Assembly (NCBI GenBank): GCA_019455325.1
Contig: JACFMQ010000005.1
Span: 143,017 to 207,016, forward strand
DNA from: Rhodocyclaceae bacterium
GTDB lineage: Bacteria; Pseudomonadota; Gammaproteobacteria; Burkholderiales; Rhodocyclaceae
Length of the DNA: 64,000 bases
Reading direction: 5' to 3'
Of the stretch, positions 30,685-40,396 are shown piece after piece. The position numbers were made by a program, and so were the translations under genes. How positions within the stretch are numbered: the stretch's first letter is position 1; the number at the start of each line of letters is the position of its first letter. The notes under the pieces are model-generated. The model worked only from the letters and a program-made list of their open reading frames with translations, had not been told where the DNA came from and made no database searches.

Positions 30685-32250
30685 TCAGCGGGCATGCGCC
30701 GCCATGATTTCTTTCAGGCCGCCCCAGGTCTCGGCGAAGATTTCCGCCGGCATTTCCTTGAGGGCGGGCGAGATGCGCGGCCGGAAATCCATGGCCGCCA
30801 GCACGTCGCGTTCGAGATCGAGGCCGGGCGCGATCTCGATCAGCGTGACTTCGCCTTCCTGGAGCTCGAAGACCGCGCGCTCGGTGACGTACAGCACCGG
30901 AACGCCGTTCTGCCGGGCGAAGCCGCCGCTGAAGGTGATCTGGTCCACGCGCTCGACGAACTTCCGGGTCTTCCCTTCGCTGACCACGCGAACCCTGCCG
31001 CCGCCGAAATCGAGTTCGGCGCCGTTCGCCAGCGAGCCGCAGAAGACGACCTTCTTCGATCCCTGCGTGATGTTGATGAAGCCGCCGGGGCCGACGACGC
31101 GCGGCCCGAATTTGCTGACGTTGAGGTTGCCTTCCCGGTCGGTCTGGGCCAGCCCGAGAAAGGCGATGTCGAGTCCGCCGCCGTCGTAGAAATCGAACTG
31201 GGCCTCGTGCTCGATGATCGCTTCGGCGTTCCAGGCGCTGCCGAAGTCGGCGCCGGCGGCGGGGATGCCGCCATAGGTGCCGAGTTCGGTGGTCAGCGTG
31301 AACAGATCGGCGACGCCTTCCTCGGCCGCGACGCTGGCGATGCCGTCGGGGATGCCGATGCCGAGGTTGACGATGGCCTTCGGCGCCAGCTCCATGGCCG
31401 CGCGGCGGGCGATGATCTTCCGCTCGCTGAACGCCATCGGCGGCAGGCTGGCCAGCGGCACCCTGATATGGCCGGCAAGGCCGGGGTTGTACACCGTGCC
31501 CATCGTCTGCATGTGGTTCTCGGGCCTGGCGACGACCACGTGGTCGACGAGCACGCCGGGCACCTTCACCTCCTTCGGATGCAGGGTCCTGGCGTCGGCG
31601 AGGTACTTCACCTGGGCGATGACGATGCCGCCGGAGTTCTTCGCCGCCTGCGCCATCGGCAGAGCTTCGGCGATCATCGGCTCCTCCTCGATGGTGAGGT
31701 TGCCGTTGGCGTCGGCGGTGGTGGCGCGAATGACGGCCACGTCGAGCGGAAACGATTTGTAGAGCAGCCACTCCTCGCCCTCGATCTCGATCACCTTGAC
31801 CAGTTCTTCCGTGGTCTTGCTCGTCACCTTGCCGCCCTGGTGGCGCGGGTCGACGTAGGTGCCGATGCCGACCTTGGTGATGACGCCCGGCTTGCGCCCG
31901 GCGATCTGGCGCCACAGCGTCGCCAGCACGCCCTGCGGCAGCAGGTAGGCTTCGATCCGGTCGTCGTTGATCAATCGCCCCATCGCCGGTGCCTGCCCGG
32001 TATGGCCGGCGATCAGGCGCCTGACCAGTCCCTCGTGCGCCAGATGCCCCATGCCGCGCGTCTTGAGATCGCCGCAGCCGCAGTCGTGAACCGGCGTGAT
32101 GCCGCGCGGCGAGCCGGTGTCGAGGAAACGCTTTTCGAGCGCCATGGCGATCTCTTCGGCGAAGAACGACATGCCGACCGTCGTCCATGCCACCGTGTCG
32201 CCGTCCTTGATCAGGCCGGCCGCCTGTTCTGCCGTGATGACCTTGTTCAT
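30685..32250 (-). CDS. family I acyl-CoA:carboxylate CoA-transferase (YdiF/Pct-like, fused A+B subunits)
   Basis: 521 aa. MNKVITAEQAAGLIKDGDTVAW... and a central ...TELGTYGG region typical of acetate/propionate CoA-transferases. Confidence 0.8.
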   Translation of the reverse strand: MNKVITAEQAAGLIKDGDTVAWTTVGMSFFAEEIAMALEKRFLDTGSPRGITPVHDCGCGDLKTRGMGHLAHEGLVRRLIAGHTGQAPAMGRLINDDRIEAYLLPQGVLATLWRQIAGRKPGVITKVGIGTYVDPRHQGGKVTSKTTEELVKVIEIEGEEWLLYKSFPLDVAVIRATTADANGNLTIEEEPMIAEALPMAQAAKNSGGIVIAQVKYLADARTLHPKEVKVPGVLVDHVVVARPENHMQTMGTVYNPGLAGHIRVPLASLPPMAFSERKIIARRAAMELAPKAIVNLGIGIPDGIASVAAEEGVADLFTLTTELGTYGGIPAAGADFGSAWNAEAIIEHEAQFDFYDGGGLDIAFLGLAQTDREGNLNVSKFGPRVVGPGGFINITQGSKKVVFCGSLANGAELDFGGGRVRVVSEGKTRKFVERVDQITFSGGFARQNGVPVLYVTERAVFELQEGEVTLIEIAPGLDLERDVLAAMDFRPRISPALKEMPAEIFAETWGGLKEIMAAHAR

Positions 32251-32257
32251 CGCCGGC

Positions 32258-33025
32258 TCACCTGGCCGCCAGGCGGACGGCGCCGTCGAGACGGATGGTT
32301 TCGCCGTTGAGCATGACGTTCTCGACGATGGCTTTCGCCAGCGCGGCGAATTCGTCCGGCCTGCCCAGGCGCGGCGGGAAGGGTGTGGCGGCGCCGAGCG
32401 AGGCTTGGACCTCCGCGGGCAGGGCTTCCATCATCGGCGTCAGAAAGAGGCCGGGGGCGATGGTGTTCACGCGGATGCCGGCGCGGGCCAGCTCGCGCGC
32501 GATCGGCAGCGTCATGGCGGCGACGCCGGCCTTGGACGCGGCATAGGCGGCCTGGCCGATCTGCCCCTCGAAAGCGGCGACCGAGGCGGTGTTGATGACG
32601 ACGCCGCGTTCGCCTTCGTCGTTGGGCTTGCCCCCGGCCATCGCCGCCGCCGCGAGACGAAGCACGTTGAACGTGCCGACGAGGTTGATGTTCACGACGC
32701 GCGCGAAATCGTCGAGCCGGTGCGGCCCCTCCTTGCCGAGCACCTTCCAGGCGCTGCCGACGCCGGCGCAATTGACCAGCCCCTGAAGGCCGCCGAAGCG
32801 CTCGACGGCGAGCGCGACGGCGGCCTTCGCCTCGGCTTCGCTGGTGATGTCCGTCTTGCAGAAGGCGGCGCGCGCGCCCAGCTCGGCCGCCAGCGCCTGC
32901 CCCTTGTCGACGCCGACGTCGGCAATGAGGACCTTGGCGCCGGCGTCGTGGAAGAGGCGCACGGTGGCGGCGCCGAGTCCCGAAGCGCCGCCGGTGACGA
33001 TGAAGGTGGAATTTTCGAGTCGCAT
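32258..33025 (-). CDS. SDR-type 3-hydroxyacyl-CoA dehydrogenase (type II HADH / 3-hydroxy-2-methylbutyryl-CoA dehydrogenase-like)
   Basis: Start [20 protein letters not shown] at 33025. TGxxxGxG, and YAASKAGV as the catalytic YxxxK. Confidence 0.8.
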   Translation of the reverse strand: MRLENSTFIVTGGASGLGAATVRLFHDAGAKVLIADVGVDKGQALAAELGARAAFCKTDITSEAEAKAAVALAVERFGGLQGLVNCAGVGSAWKVLGKEGPHRLDDFARVVNINLVGTFNVLRLAAAAMAGGKPNDEGERGVVINTASVAAFEGQIGQAAYAASKAGVAAMTLPIARELARAGIRVNTIAPGLFLTPMMEALPAEVQASLGAATPFPPRLGRPDEFAALAKAIVENVMLNGETIRLDGAVRLAAR

Positions 33026-33158
33026 GGTCTGTCTCCGATCTTGGAAATCGCGGTTGATTTTTGAAAAAAAGCCCCCTCGCTCGGCTCCCCGGGGAGCCAA
33101 GGCAATGGATTTCTTCTCTGTGGTCAGCGGCGTGGCGAGGGGCGCCACGCCTGTCGGG

Positions 33159-33917
33159 TCAGTTCTTCTTTCGGTTGAGGAACTCCTGCATCCGGCGGTT
33201 CGCCTCGTCGCTGCTCTGCGCGATGGCCGCGGCCATCGACTCGGTGTAGAAGCCGTTTGCCATCGACATGTCGCCGATGTTGGCAACCGCGTTGATCGAC
33301 GCCCAGTTGGAAAGCGGCGCATTGCTCGCCACCTGGCGCGCCAGGCGGAACGCCTCCGCCAGCGCCGCGCCCTCGTCGACCACGTAGTGCGAAAGCCCCA
33401 GGCGCAGCCCGTCCTCGGCGCCGTAGCTGCGGCCGGTCAGCATCATCTCGGTCATGCGGTCGGGGCCGATGATCTTCGAGACGCGGACGGAAGCGCCGCC
33501 GCCGACGAAGATGCCGCGCTGCCCCTCCGGCAGCTGGTAGAAGGTCGTGCGGTCGGCGACGCGGACGTGCGTGCTGGTGGCTAGCTCCAGCCCGCCGCCG
33601 ACCACCGCGCCCTGCAGGGCCGCCAGCACCGGCCGGCCGCCGAACTGGATCTTGTTGAAGACGCGGTGCCACCACTGCGAGTGCTGCAGCACTTCGAACG
33701 GCGTCCGCACCTGGTGCTCGGAGAGGTCGAGCCCGGCCGAGAAGTGCGGCCCCTCGCCCGAAAGAACGACGACCTTGACGATCTCGGGCAAGGTGTCGAA
33801 GCAGGTCTCGATGTCCCTGAGCAGCCCGTTGTTGACCGCGTTCCGCTTGTCCGGCCGATGGAGGCGGAGGTGCGCGATGTTGTCGTCGATGGTGAGCTTG
33901 ATGTTGTCAAACCCCAT
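33159..33917 (-). CDS. enoyl-CoA hydratase (crotonase family)
   Basis: 252 aa. [25 protein letters not shown] oxyanion-hole pattern. Confidence 0.85.
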   Translation of the reverse strand: MGFDNIKLTIDDNIAHLRLHRPDKRNAVNNGLLRDIETCFDTLPEIVKVVVLSGEGPHFSAGLDLSEHQVRTPFEVLQHSQWWHRVFNKIQFGGRPVLAALQGAVVGGGLELATSTHVRVADRTTFYQLPEGQRGIFVGGGASVRVSKIIGPDRMTEMMLTGRSYGAEDGLRLGLSHYVVDEGAALAEAFRLARQVASNAPLSNWASINAVANIGDMSMANGFYTESMAAAIAQSSDEANRRMQEFLNRKKN

Positions 33918-33951
33918 GAATGCTCCTTTTTTTGCTGTTGAGGGTGGGTGT

Positions 33952-35871
33952 TCAGCCGGCTTCGTGCGCCGGCAGGATCACGTCGTCGTCGGGCTGGTCG
34001 GCATGCAGGCGCAGCACGAAGTCGGCGCGGCGCGTCAGCACCATGCGCTGGTTGATGTAAGCCTTGTCGGTGATTTCGCCGGCGTCGATGGACGGCGGTT
34101 CGGCCAGCAGCATCGCGCGCGCCGCGCTGCCGGCAGAGCCGCCGCCCTCCTTCTTGAGGCGCGCCAGGCCGCGCGCCACCATCGACCGGATCGACGGCTG
34201 GCGCAGCAGATCGCCGACCGATGCGTCGGGCGGCAGATTGGCCGACAGCTTGCGCAGCTCCGGGACGTTGGGAAAGACGAGAAAGCCGACCTCGTCGCGG
34301 TCGTGGCCAGTGACGACGATGTCCTGGGCGATCGGCAGCAGGGCCTCGATGCCCTTCATGCGGAGGCTGCCGACATGCACCCAGGTGCCGGTGACGAGCT
34401 TGAAATCCTCGCCGACGCGACCGTCGAACAGCAGCCCCTTCGCCGGCAGTTCGGGATCGACGAATTCGATGGCGTCGCCGATCCTGTAGAAGCCTTCCTC
34501 GTCGAAAGCCGCCGCGGAAAGATCGGCCTGCTTCCAGTAGCCCGGCATGACGTTCGGCCCGCGCACGCGCACTTCGAGTTTGTCGGCCGAGGGGAGCAGC
34601 TTGAGTTCGACGCCGGGTACCGGGATGCCGATCACGCCCGAACGCTCGGGCGCGAAGTGGCTGTCCGTGCAGGAAGGCGCAGTCTCGGTCGAGCCCCAGC
34701 CGGAAACGAGGGGGATGCGATGGCCCAGCGTTTCTTCGGAGAGGCGGTTGATGTCGTCGAACAGATGCTGCGGCAGGGCCGCCGCCGCATAGAAGATGAC
34801 CTGCAGCCGGCTGAAGAAATTCTTCCGCAGGGCGTCGTCGGCGTAGAGCGCGGCCACCAGCAGATCGAAGCCGCGCGGTACGTTGAGATAGACGGTCGGC
34901 GCGATTTCGGAGAGGTTTTGCCGGCTGGTCTCGAAAGCGCCGGGCGCGGGCTTGCCTTCGTCGATGTACAGGGTGCCGCCGTTGCACAGCACCATGTTGA
35001 AATTGTGATTGCCGCCGAAGGTGTGGCTCCACGGCAGCCAGTCGACGATGACCGGCGGCTCTTCGGCGAGGAAAGTCCACGTCTGGATCTTGGCCTGCTG
35101 GTTCGCACAGAGCATCCGCTGCGTGTTGATGACCGCCTTCGGCGCGCCTACGGAACCGGAGGTGAACAGGAACTTGGCGATCGTGTCCGGCCCTACCCCG
35201 GCAAAGGCCGCATCGACGGCGGCGGCGTCCGTCGCTTGCAGCAGTTCGGAAAAGGGCGTCGCCGCGCCGGTCTCGCCGGAGCGGCTGCCGGCGACCACCG
35301 TGCCGTCGTGCAGCGGGGCGATGGCGGCCAGCGCCGGTGCGAAGCGCGCGTGGTCCTCGACGAAGATCAGGCCGGGCCCGAGCAGCTCGATATTGGCCTT
35401 CAGCTTGGCGTGATCGCGCGAAACCAGCGAATAGGCCTGCGAGACGCAGGACACCGGCACGCCGACGTGCATCCCGGCGAGCATCAGCAGCGCATGTTCG
35501 ATGCTGTTGTCGGAAAGCACGACGATCGGCCGTTGTGCCGAGAGATTCCGGCCGAGCAGCCAGGTCGCGACGGCGCGAACCCGCGCCAGCGTCTCGGCGT
35601 AGCTCAACTCGACCCATTGGCCGTCGCCGCCGCGTTCGGCGATGAAGATGCGCTCGGGCGTTTCCTTCGCCCATCGCTCCAGCCAGTCGCCGACCTTGTC
35701 GACGCATGGGTCCAGCGCCACGGGGGAACGCAGGATCTGGCTCCCGTCGGCCCGTTTTTCGACCGTCACCCGCGCCGGGGCAAACAGGCGTTTCGCATCG
35801 CTGGTCGCGGCGCGCGGCCCGGTCGGCGCGCTTCGCCCGGCGCCCTGGCCGGCTTCCGTACTACGTTTCAT
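33952..35871 (-). CDS. AMP-forming acyl-CoA ligase, feruloyl-CoA-synthase-like subgroup
   Basis: 639 aa. AMP-binding box FTSGSVGAPKAV, GWGSTET. The long form with an N-terminal extension resembles Fcs-type ligases (from memory). Confidence 0.8.
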   Translation of the reverse strand: MKRSTEAGQGAGRSAPTGPRAATSDAKRLFAPARVTVEKRADGSQILRSPVALDPCVDKVGDWLERWAKETPERIFIAERGGDGQWVELSYAETLARVRAVATWLLGRNLSAQRPIVVLSDNSIEHALLMLAGMHVGVPVSCVSQAYSLVSRDHAKLKANIELLGPGLIFVEDHARFAPALAAIAPLHDGTVVAGSRSGETGAATPFSELLQATDAAAVDAAFAGVGPDTIAKFLFTSGSVGAPKAVINTQRMLCANQQAKIQTWTFLAEEPPVIVDWLPWSHTFGGNHNFNMVLCNGGTLYIDEGKPAPGAFETSRQNLSEIAPTVYLNVPRGFDLLVAALYADDALRKNFFSRLQVIFYAAAALPQHLFDDINRLSEETLGHRIPLVSGWGSTETAPSCTDSHFAPERSGVIGIPVPGVELKLLPSADKLEVRVRGPNVMPGYWKQADLSAAAFDEEGFYRIGDAIEFVDPELPAKGLLFDGRVGEDFKLVTGTWVHVGSLRMKGIEALLPIAQDIVVTGHDRDEVGFLVFPNVPELRKLSANLPPDASVGDLLRQPSIRSMVARGLARLKKEGGGSAGSAARAMLLAEPPSIDAGEITDKAYINQRMVLTRRADFVLRLHADQPDDDVILPAHEAG

Positions 35872-36008
35872 TGTCGTCTCCTCGCCCCTGATAGGTGGGC
35901 TTGTTGTAACGCATCATGGATGATATTCGTGTTGCGTTTAGATATCCTATGCGATAGCTTTACAGAGCGCAAGCGATCTTATTTGATATTTTTCAGGAGA
36001 CGAAAACC

Positions 36009-37817
36009 ATGCAGTCCTATAACCCCCCCATCCGCGATATCCGTTTCGTCATTCATGAGCTCGTCGGCGCCGCGTCGATCTGCGCGCTGCCGGCTTACCG
36101 CGCCTCGGAATGCGATCCGGCGCTGATCGACGCGGTCCTGGACGAAGCCGGGAAATTCGCCGGGGAAGTGCTGTCGCCGCTGAACGCGATCGGCGACAGG
36201 GAAGGCGCGCGCTGGCAGCCGGGAAGCGACGGCACGGGCGAGGTGCGCACCGCGCCCGGATTCCCCGAGGCGTATCGCCGATTCGTCGAGGGCGGATGGA
36301 TGGCGCTGCCCTGCGCCCCGCAATTCGGCGGCCAGGGCCTGCCGCGGCTGCTGGCGACGGCGGTGAGCGAGATGTGGAAAGGGGCGAACCTTTCGTTCTC
36401 GCACGTCATCACCTTGACGCACGGCGCAATCGAGGCGCTGACGATCGCGGGTTCCGATGAACTGAAGGCGACCTATCTCCCCAGGCTCGTGTCGGGCGAA
36501 TGGACGGGCACGATGAACATCACCGAACCGCAGGCCGGTTCCGACCTCGCGGCAATCGCCTGCCGCGCGGAGCCGCAGGAAGACGGCACTTATCGCATCT
36601 TCGGGCAGAAGATCTTCATCACCTACGGCGACCACGACATCGCGCCCAACATCGTGCATCTGGTCCTGGCGCGCACGCCCGGTGCGCCGCCGGGCGTCAA
36701 GGGCCTGTCGCTGTTCCTGGTGCCGAAATTCATCCTCGATGCCGGCGGCGCGCCCGGCGCGCGCAACGACGTTCATTGCGCGTCCATCGAGCACAAGCTC
36801 GGCGTGCACGGCAGCCCGACGACGACGCTGGTCCACGGCGATCACGGCGGCTCGCTCGGCTACCTGATCGGCGAGATCGGGCGCGGCCTGGAAATCATGT
36901 TCGTCATGATGAACTCGGCGCGCCTGTCCGTCGGCACCGAAAGCCTGGGCGTCGCGCAATACGCCTGGCAGATGGCCTCGGCCTACGCCAGGGAGCGCCT
37001 CCAGGGGAGCGACGGCAAGAGCGGCGGCAAGGTGCCGATCGTTCGCCACCCCGACGTGCGCCGGCTGCTGATGACCCAGCGCAGCACGACCGAGGCGATT
37101 CGCGCGCTGGCGTATACGATCGCCGGTCTACAGGACGTGGCCCATCACGCCGAAGACGCGGAGGAGCGGCAGCGGGCGCATCGCCGCGTCGAGCTGCTGA
37201 CGCCGATCCTCAAGGGCTGGAGTACCGAATCCGCCGTCGATCTGACCTCGATGGCGATCCAGGTGTTCGGCGGCATGGGCTTCGTGGAGGAGACCGGCAT
37301 CGCGCAATGTCTGCGCGACGTGCGCATCACGCCGATCTACGAAGGGACGACGGCGATCCAGGCCGCCGATCTCGCCGGCCGCAAGCTCGCCCGCGATGGC
37401 GGCGAAACCCTGAACGCCTTTCTCGACGAGATGCGACGCGACCGGGCGGCCATGCGCACCGCCGACGATCCGACGGTGCGGGCGATTGCGGAGGAGCTGG
37501 CGCGGAGCCTGGACGACGCCGCGTCGGCCGCGGACGCGATCCGGCAAAAGATGACGAGCGATCCGGCGGCCGGCCTGGTCGTCGCCGAACCCTTCCTGCG
37601 CCTGATGGGAACGACGGTCGGCGGCTGGCTGATGGGCAAGGCCGCGCGGGTCGCCGCCGCCGCGCTGGCGAACGGCGCCGACGATCCGTTCTACGCCGAG
37701 AAGCTGGCAACGGCGAAGTTCTACGCCGATCACGTGCTGCCGCGCACGGCAGGTCTGGCCATGACCGTGCGGTCGGATGACGGCCTGCTCCTCGCGCTGG
37801 CCGACGAAGTCTTCTGA
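36009..37817 (+). CDS. large (about 600 aa) acyl-CoA dehydrogenase
   Basis: 602 aa. ACAD N-terminal, middle and C-terminal pattern (GTMNITEPQAGSDL; IYEGTTAIQA) plus a C-terminal extension. Confidence 0.9.
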   Translation: MQSYNPPIRDIRFVIHELVGAASICALPAYRASECDPALIDAVLDEAGKFAGEVLSPLNAIGDREGARWQPGSDGTGEVRTAPGFPEAYRRFVEGGWMALPCAPQFGGQGLPRLLATAVSEMWKGANLSFSHVITLTHGAIEALTIAGSDELKATYLPRLVSGEWTGTMNITEPQAGSDLAAIACRAEPQEDGTYRIFGQKIFITYGDHDIAPNIVHLVLARTPGAPPGVKGLSLFLVPKFILDAGGAPGARNDVHCASIEHKLGVHGSPTTTLVHGDHGGSLGYLIGEIGRGLEIMFVMMNSARLSVGTESLGVAQYAWQMASAYARERLQGSDGKSGGKVPIVRHPDVRRLLMTQRSTTEAIRALAYTIAGLQDVAHHAEDAEERQRAHRRVELLTPILKGWSTESAVDLTSMAIQVFGGMGFVEETGIAQCLRDVRITPIYEGTTAIQAADLAGRKLARDGGETLNAFLDEMRRDRAAMRTADDPTVRAIAEELARSLDDAASAADAIRQKMTSDPAAGLVVAEPFLRLMGTTVGGWLMGKAARVAAAALANGADDPFYAEKLATAKFYADHVLPRTAGLAMTVRSDDGLLLALADEVF

Positions 37818-37852
37818 CCGGAATGCGACGGCCTGCGCGGGAACCCTCCCGT

Positions 37853-38788
37853 TCAGGCCGCCGCCGGTGCTTCGCTTCTGATTTTCGCAGCGATCTGCTG
37901 CACGACGTCCTCGACGTTCATTTGCGTCGTATCGATGTCGAGGTCGGCCATCCGATAGAGATGGTCGCGCGCCGCCATCGTGCGGTGGATGTTGTCCATC
38001 GCCTCGGAATAAAGCGGCGGCATGGCGATGCGCACGTCGTGCTGAGCCAGGGCGCGCTGGAAATAGACCTCGTGCTCGGCGTGCAGCCACACCGTATAGA
38101 AGGACCTGAGCAGAATCTCGTAGGTGAGCGGCTCGGCGACGAGGCCGCCGCCGGTGGCCAGGACGATGTTCGGATGCGTCGCCAGCAGGCGTTCGAGGCA
38201 GCGTCGCTCCAGGTTCCGGTAGCCCGCCTGGCCGTAGAAACCGATGATCTCCTGCAGGCTGATGCCCGCCTCGCGCTCGACTTCCCTGTTCAATTCGATG
38301 AACGGGCGCCCGAGTGCGCTGGCCAGTTCTTTCCCGACCGTCGATTTTCCCGCGCCGCGCAAGCCGATCAGGGCAATGCGGCCGGTCTTGTCATTGCTCG
38401 ACTCGAATTCGGCGAACAGCCATTTGCGGACCCGCCCGAGCTCCTCGGGCGTGCGTCGCTTGAGCACTTCCACGATCAGCGGAAGATCGCCGGCGCTGCT
38501 GCCCTGCTCGTCGAAAAGCCGCGAAACGGGTTGATTGAGCGCCCTGGCGACCTTGTCCAGCACGGCCACGGACACATTGCCTTGCGCGCTTTCCAGGCGG
38601 GCCAGATGCGGCAGGGAAACGCCGGACTGCTCCGCCAGCCCCTTGCGCGTCATACCGCGCTGGCCTCTCAGGAAGCGGATGTTGTGCGCTATTGCCGCCA
38701 GCAGGCGGGCCGTGCCGGAGTCATTCTCCGTCGCCAGACCGATCTCTCGGTCATCTCCTGTTTTCAACGTCTGCCGTCCTCGATGCAT
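37853..38788 (-). CDS. transcriptional regulator with BzdR/BoxR architecture: XRE-type HTH fused to a shikimate-kinase-like domain
   Basis: 311 aa. N-terminal IRFLRGQRGMTRKGLAEQSGVSLPHLARLESAQGNVSVAVLDKVARAL (HTH_3). C-terminal RIALIGLRGAGKSTVGKELA...LATGGGLV (P-loop, shikimate-kinase fold). Confidence 0.8.
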   Translation of the reverse strand: MHRGRQTLKTGDDREIGLATENDSGTARLLAAIAHNIRFLRGQRGMTRKGLAEQSGVSLPHLARLESAQGNVSVAVLDKVARALNQPVSRLFDEQGSSAGDLPLIVEVLKRRTPEELGRVRKWLFAEFESSNDKTGRIALIGLRGAGKSTVGKELASALGRPFIELNREVEREAGISLQEIIGFYGQAGYRNLERRCLERLLATHPNIVLATGGGLVAEPLTYEILLRSFYTVWLHAEHEVYFQRALAQHDVRIAMPPLYSEAMDNIHRTMAARDHLYRMADLDIDTTQMNVEDVVQQIAAKIRSEAPAAA

Positions 38789-39015
38789 CCTTGATGAATT
38801 GCGTGCAGTTTACCGCTTGCGAAGTACGCCCGCGCCCGATTTGTGGACGTTCCGGCGAGTGTTCCGAAGCGCATCGTGCTGGAAGTCGCAAAGGCCGTGG
38901 TTTTTTGAACTTGCACCCCACGCGGCTTCGGGCCGATCCCGCCGTGAAGCCGCTTGCTGGCGGTGGCCCCCCGGCGTTACGCTGGGCAATCTTCTTTGTT
39001 TTTGCCGACGGAGTC

Positions 39016-39693
39016 ATGGCCATGCGTGCAGTCCTTGCCCTCTTGTTGTCCCTGTTCATTTCCCTGCCGGCCGCGGCGGCGGCGTCGAGTGCCGCTGAAA
39101 CGGCTTCCGGCCTGAAAGAGGCGCTGACGCGCGGCGCCGAGGTGGCGGTGGCGCAGCTCGGCAAGCGCGACGGCTTCCTCGGCGACAAGCGCGTGCGCAT
39201 CCCGCTGCCCGACTCGGTGCGCAAGGCGGAGAAAATGATGCGCACGCTCGGCGCCGGCAAGTACGCCGACGAACTGATCGAGACGATGAACCGCGCCGCC
39301 GAGTCGGCGGTGGTCGAGGCGAAGCCGATCCTGGTGAACGCGGTGAAGAGCATGAGCTTCGACGACGCGCGCGGCATCCTCACCGGCGGCGACGACGCGG
39401 CGACGAACTACTTCCGGCGCACCACCTCGCCGGAGATCGCGCAGAAGTTCCTGCCGATCGTCAAGCAGGCGACGGCGAAGGTGCAGCTCGCCGACAAGTA
39501 CAACCAGTACGCCGGCCGGGCGTCGAAGCTCGGGCTGCTCGACGAGAAGGACGCCGACCTCGACCAGTACGTGACGCAGAAGGCGATGGACGGCCTGTTC
39601 CTGATGGTCGCCGAGCAGGAGAAGGCGATCCGCAAGGACCCGGTGTCCACCGGCAGCGCGCTCCTGAAGAAGGTGTTCGGCTTCGGCGGCTGA
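39016..39693 (+). CDS. DUF4197 secreted protein
   Basis: ATG 39016 within ORF 38692..39693. Signal peptide MAMRAVLALLLSLFISLPAAAA, then GLKEALTRGAEVAVAQLGKRDGF...DLDQYVTQKAMDGLF...LLKKVFG, matching the DUF4197 pattern as I remember it. Confidence 0.7.
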   Translation: MAMRAVLALLLSLFISLPAAAAASSAAETASGLKEALTRGAEVAVAQLGKRDGFLGDKRVRIPLPDSVRKAEKMMRTLGAGKYADELIETMNRAAESAVVEAKPILVNAVKSMSFDDARGILTGGDDAATNYFRRTTSPEIAQKFLPIVKQATAKVQLADKYNQYAGRASKLGLLDEKDADLDQYVTQKAMDGLFLMVAEQEKAIRKDPVSTGSALLKKVFGFGG

Positions 39694-39733
39694 ACCGCCG
39701 AAGCCGCGGGGCGGACGGGGCCGCGCCCCGCCC
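39678..39733. terminator. two tandem GC hairpins between convergent genes
   Basis: CGGCTTCGGCGG-ctgaa-CCGCCGAAGCCG (12-bp stem spanning the stop codon), then GCGGGGCG-loop-CGCCCCGC. Confidence 0.45.
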
Positions 39734-39752
39734 GCCGGACGCGCATCCCCGC

Positions 39753-40247
39753 TCAGTTGCCGGCCAGCCGGACGGCCTCGACCGTGAAGTGCGTCGGCTC
39801 GATGCGCGCGAGCCGGCGGCCGTCGTCGCCGAGCAGCAGCGGCCCGCCGTCGGCGGCGAGTTCGAGGCGGTCGGCTGCCGCTGCCGGCGCCGGAATGCGC
39901 CGGATCAGCGACCAGGTGCGCGCATCGTGCACATAGACCGCCGCCTCGCCGAGAATCCACACGCGCTGCCGCGCCGCGTCGATGCGGATGTCGCGCACCG
40001 CCGTCCGGCCGGGCGCGCGCATCTCGCCGATCAGCAGCGGCGCCGCCCGCATGTGGAAGACGCGCGCGCTGCCGGTGCGCGCGTCGCCGACGAGCAGCAA
40101 CTGGCGCTCCTCCCACCTGACCTCGATGCGCTTGCCGGCGGTGATCTCGCCGGCCGGATGGCAGGCGGCGACGGCGAGCAGCAGCGTGGCGAGGAAGAGG
40201 GAGGACCCGGCGGCGAGGCCGCGGCGGGTGCCGGTCTGGGCAGTCAT
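39753..40247 (-). CDS. hypothetical lipoprotein
   Basis: 164 aa. Signal/lipobox LFLATLLLAVAAC. No recognisable family. Confidence 0.5.
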   Translation of the reverse strand: MTAQTGTRRGLAAGSSLFLATLLLAVAACHPAGEITAGKRIEVRWEERQLLLVGDARTGSARVFHMRAAPLLIGEMRAPGRTAVRDIRIDAARQRVWILGEAAVYVHDARTWSLIRRIPAPAAAADRLELAADGGPLLLGDDGRRLARIEPTHFTVEAVRLAGN

Positions 40248-40396
40248 GTCGGTCTCCTTGAAGTGTTGCCGTCGACGTCGAGCGGCAGGCAGACACTACC
40301 GGACACTTTACCCATTCCATATGTACAATTCCGCAGGACGCCGGCCAGGCCGTACCGGCGATTCCGGCGATACAGTCCGTCCGAAGGAGCAGACAG

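Noticed and set aside
40248-40396. Three ATTCC direct repeats upstream of the MocR gene as its operator
   Set aside because: A pentamer occurring three times in 150 nt could be chance, and the spacing shows no obvious periodicity.
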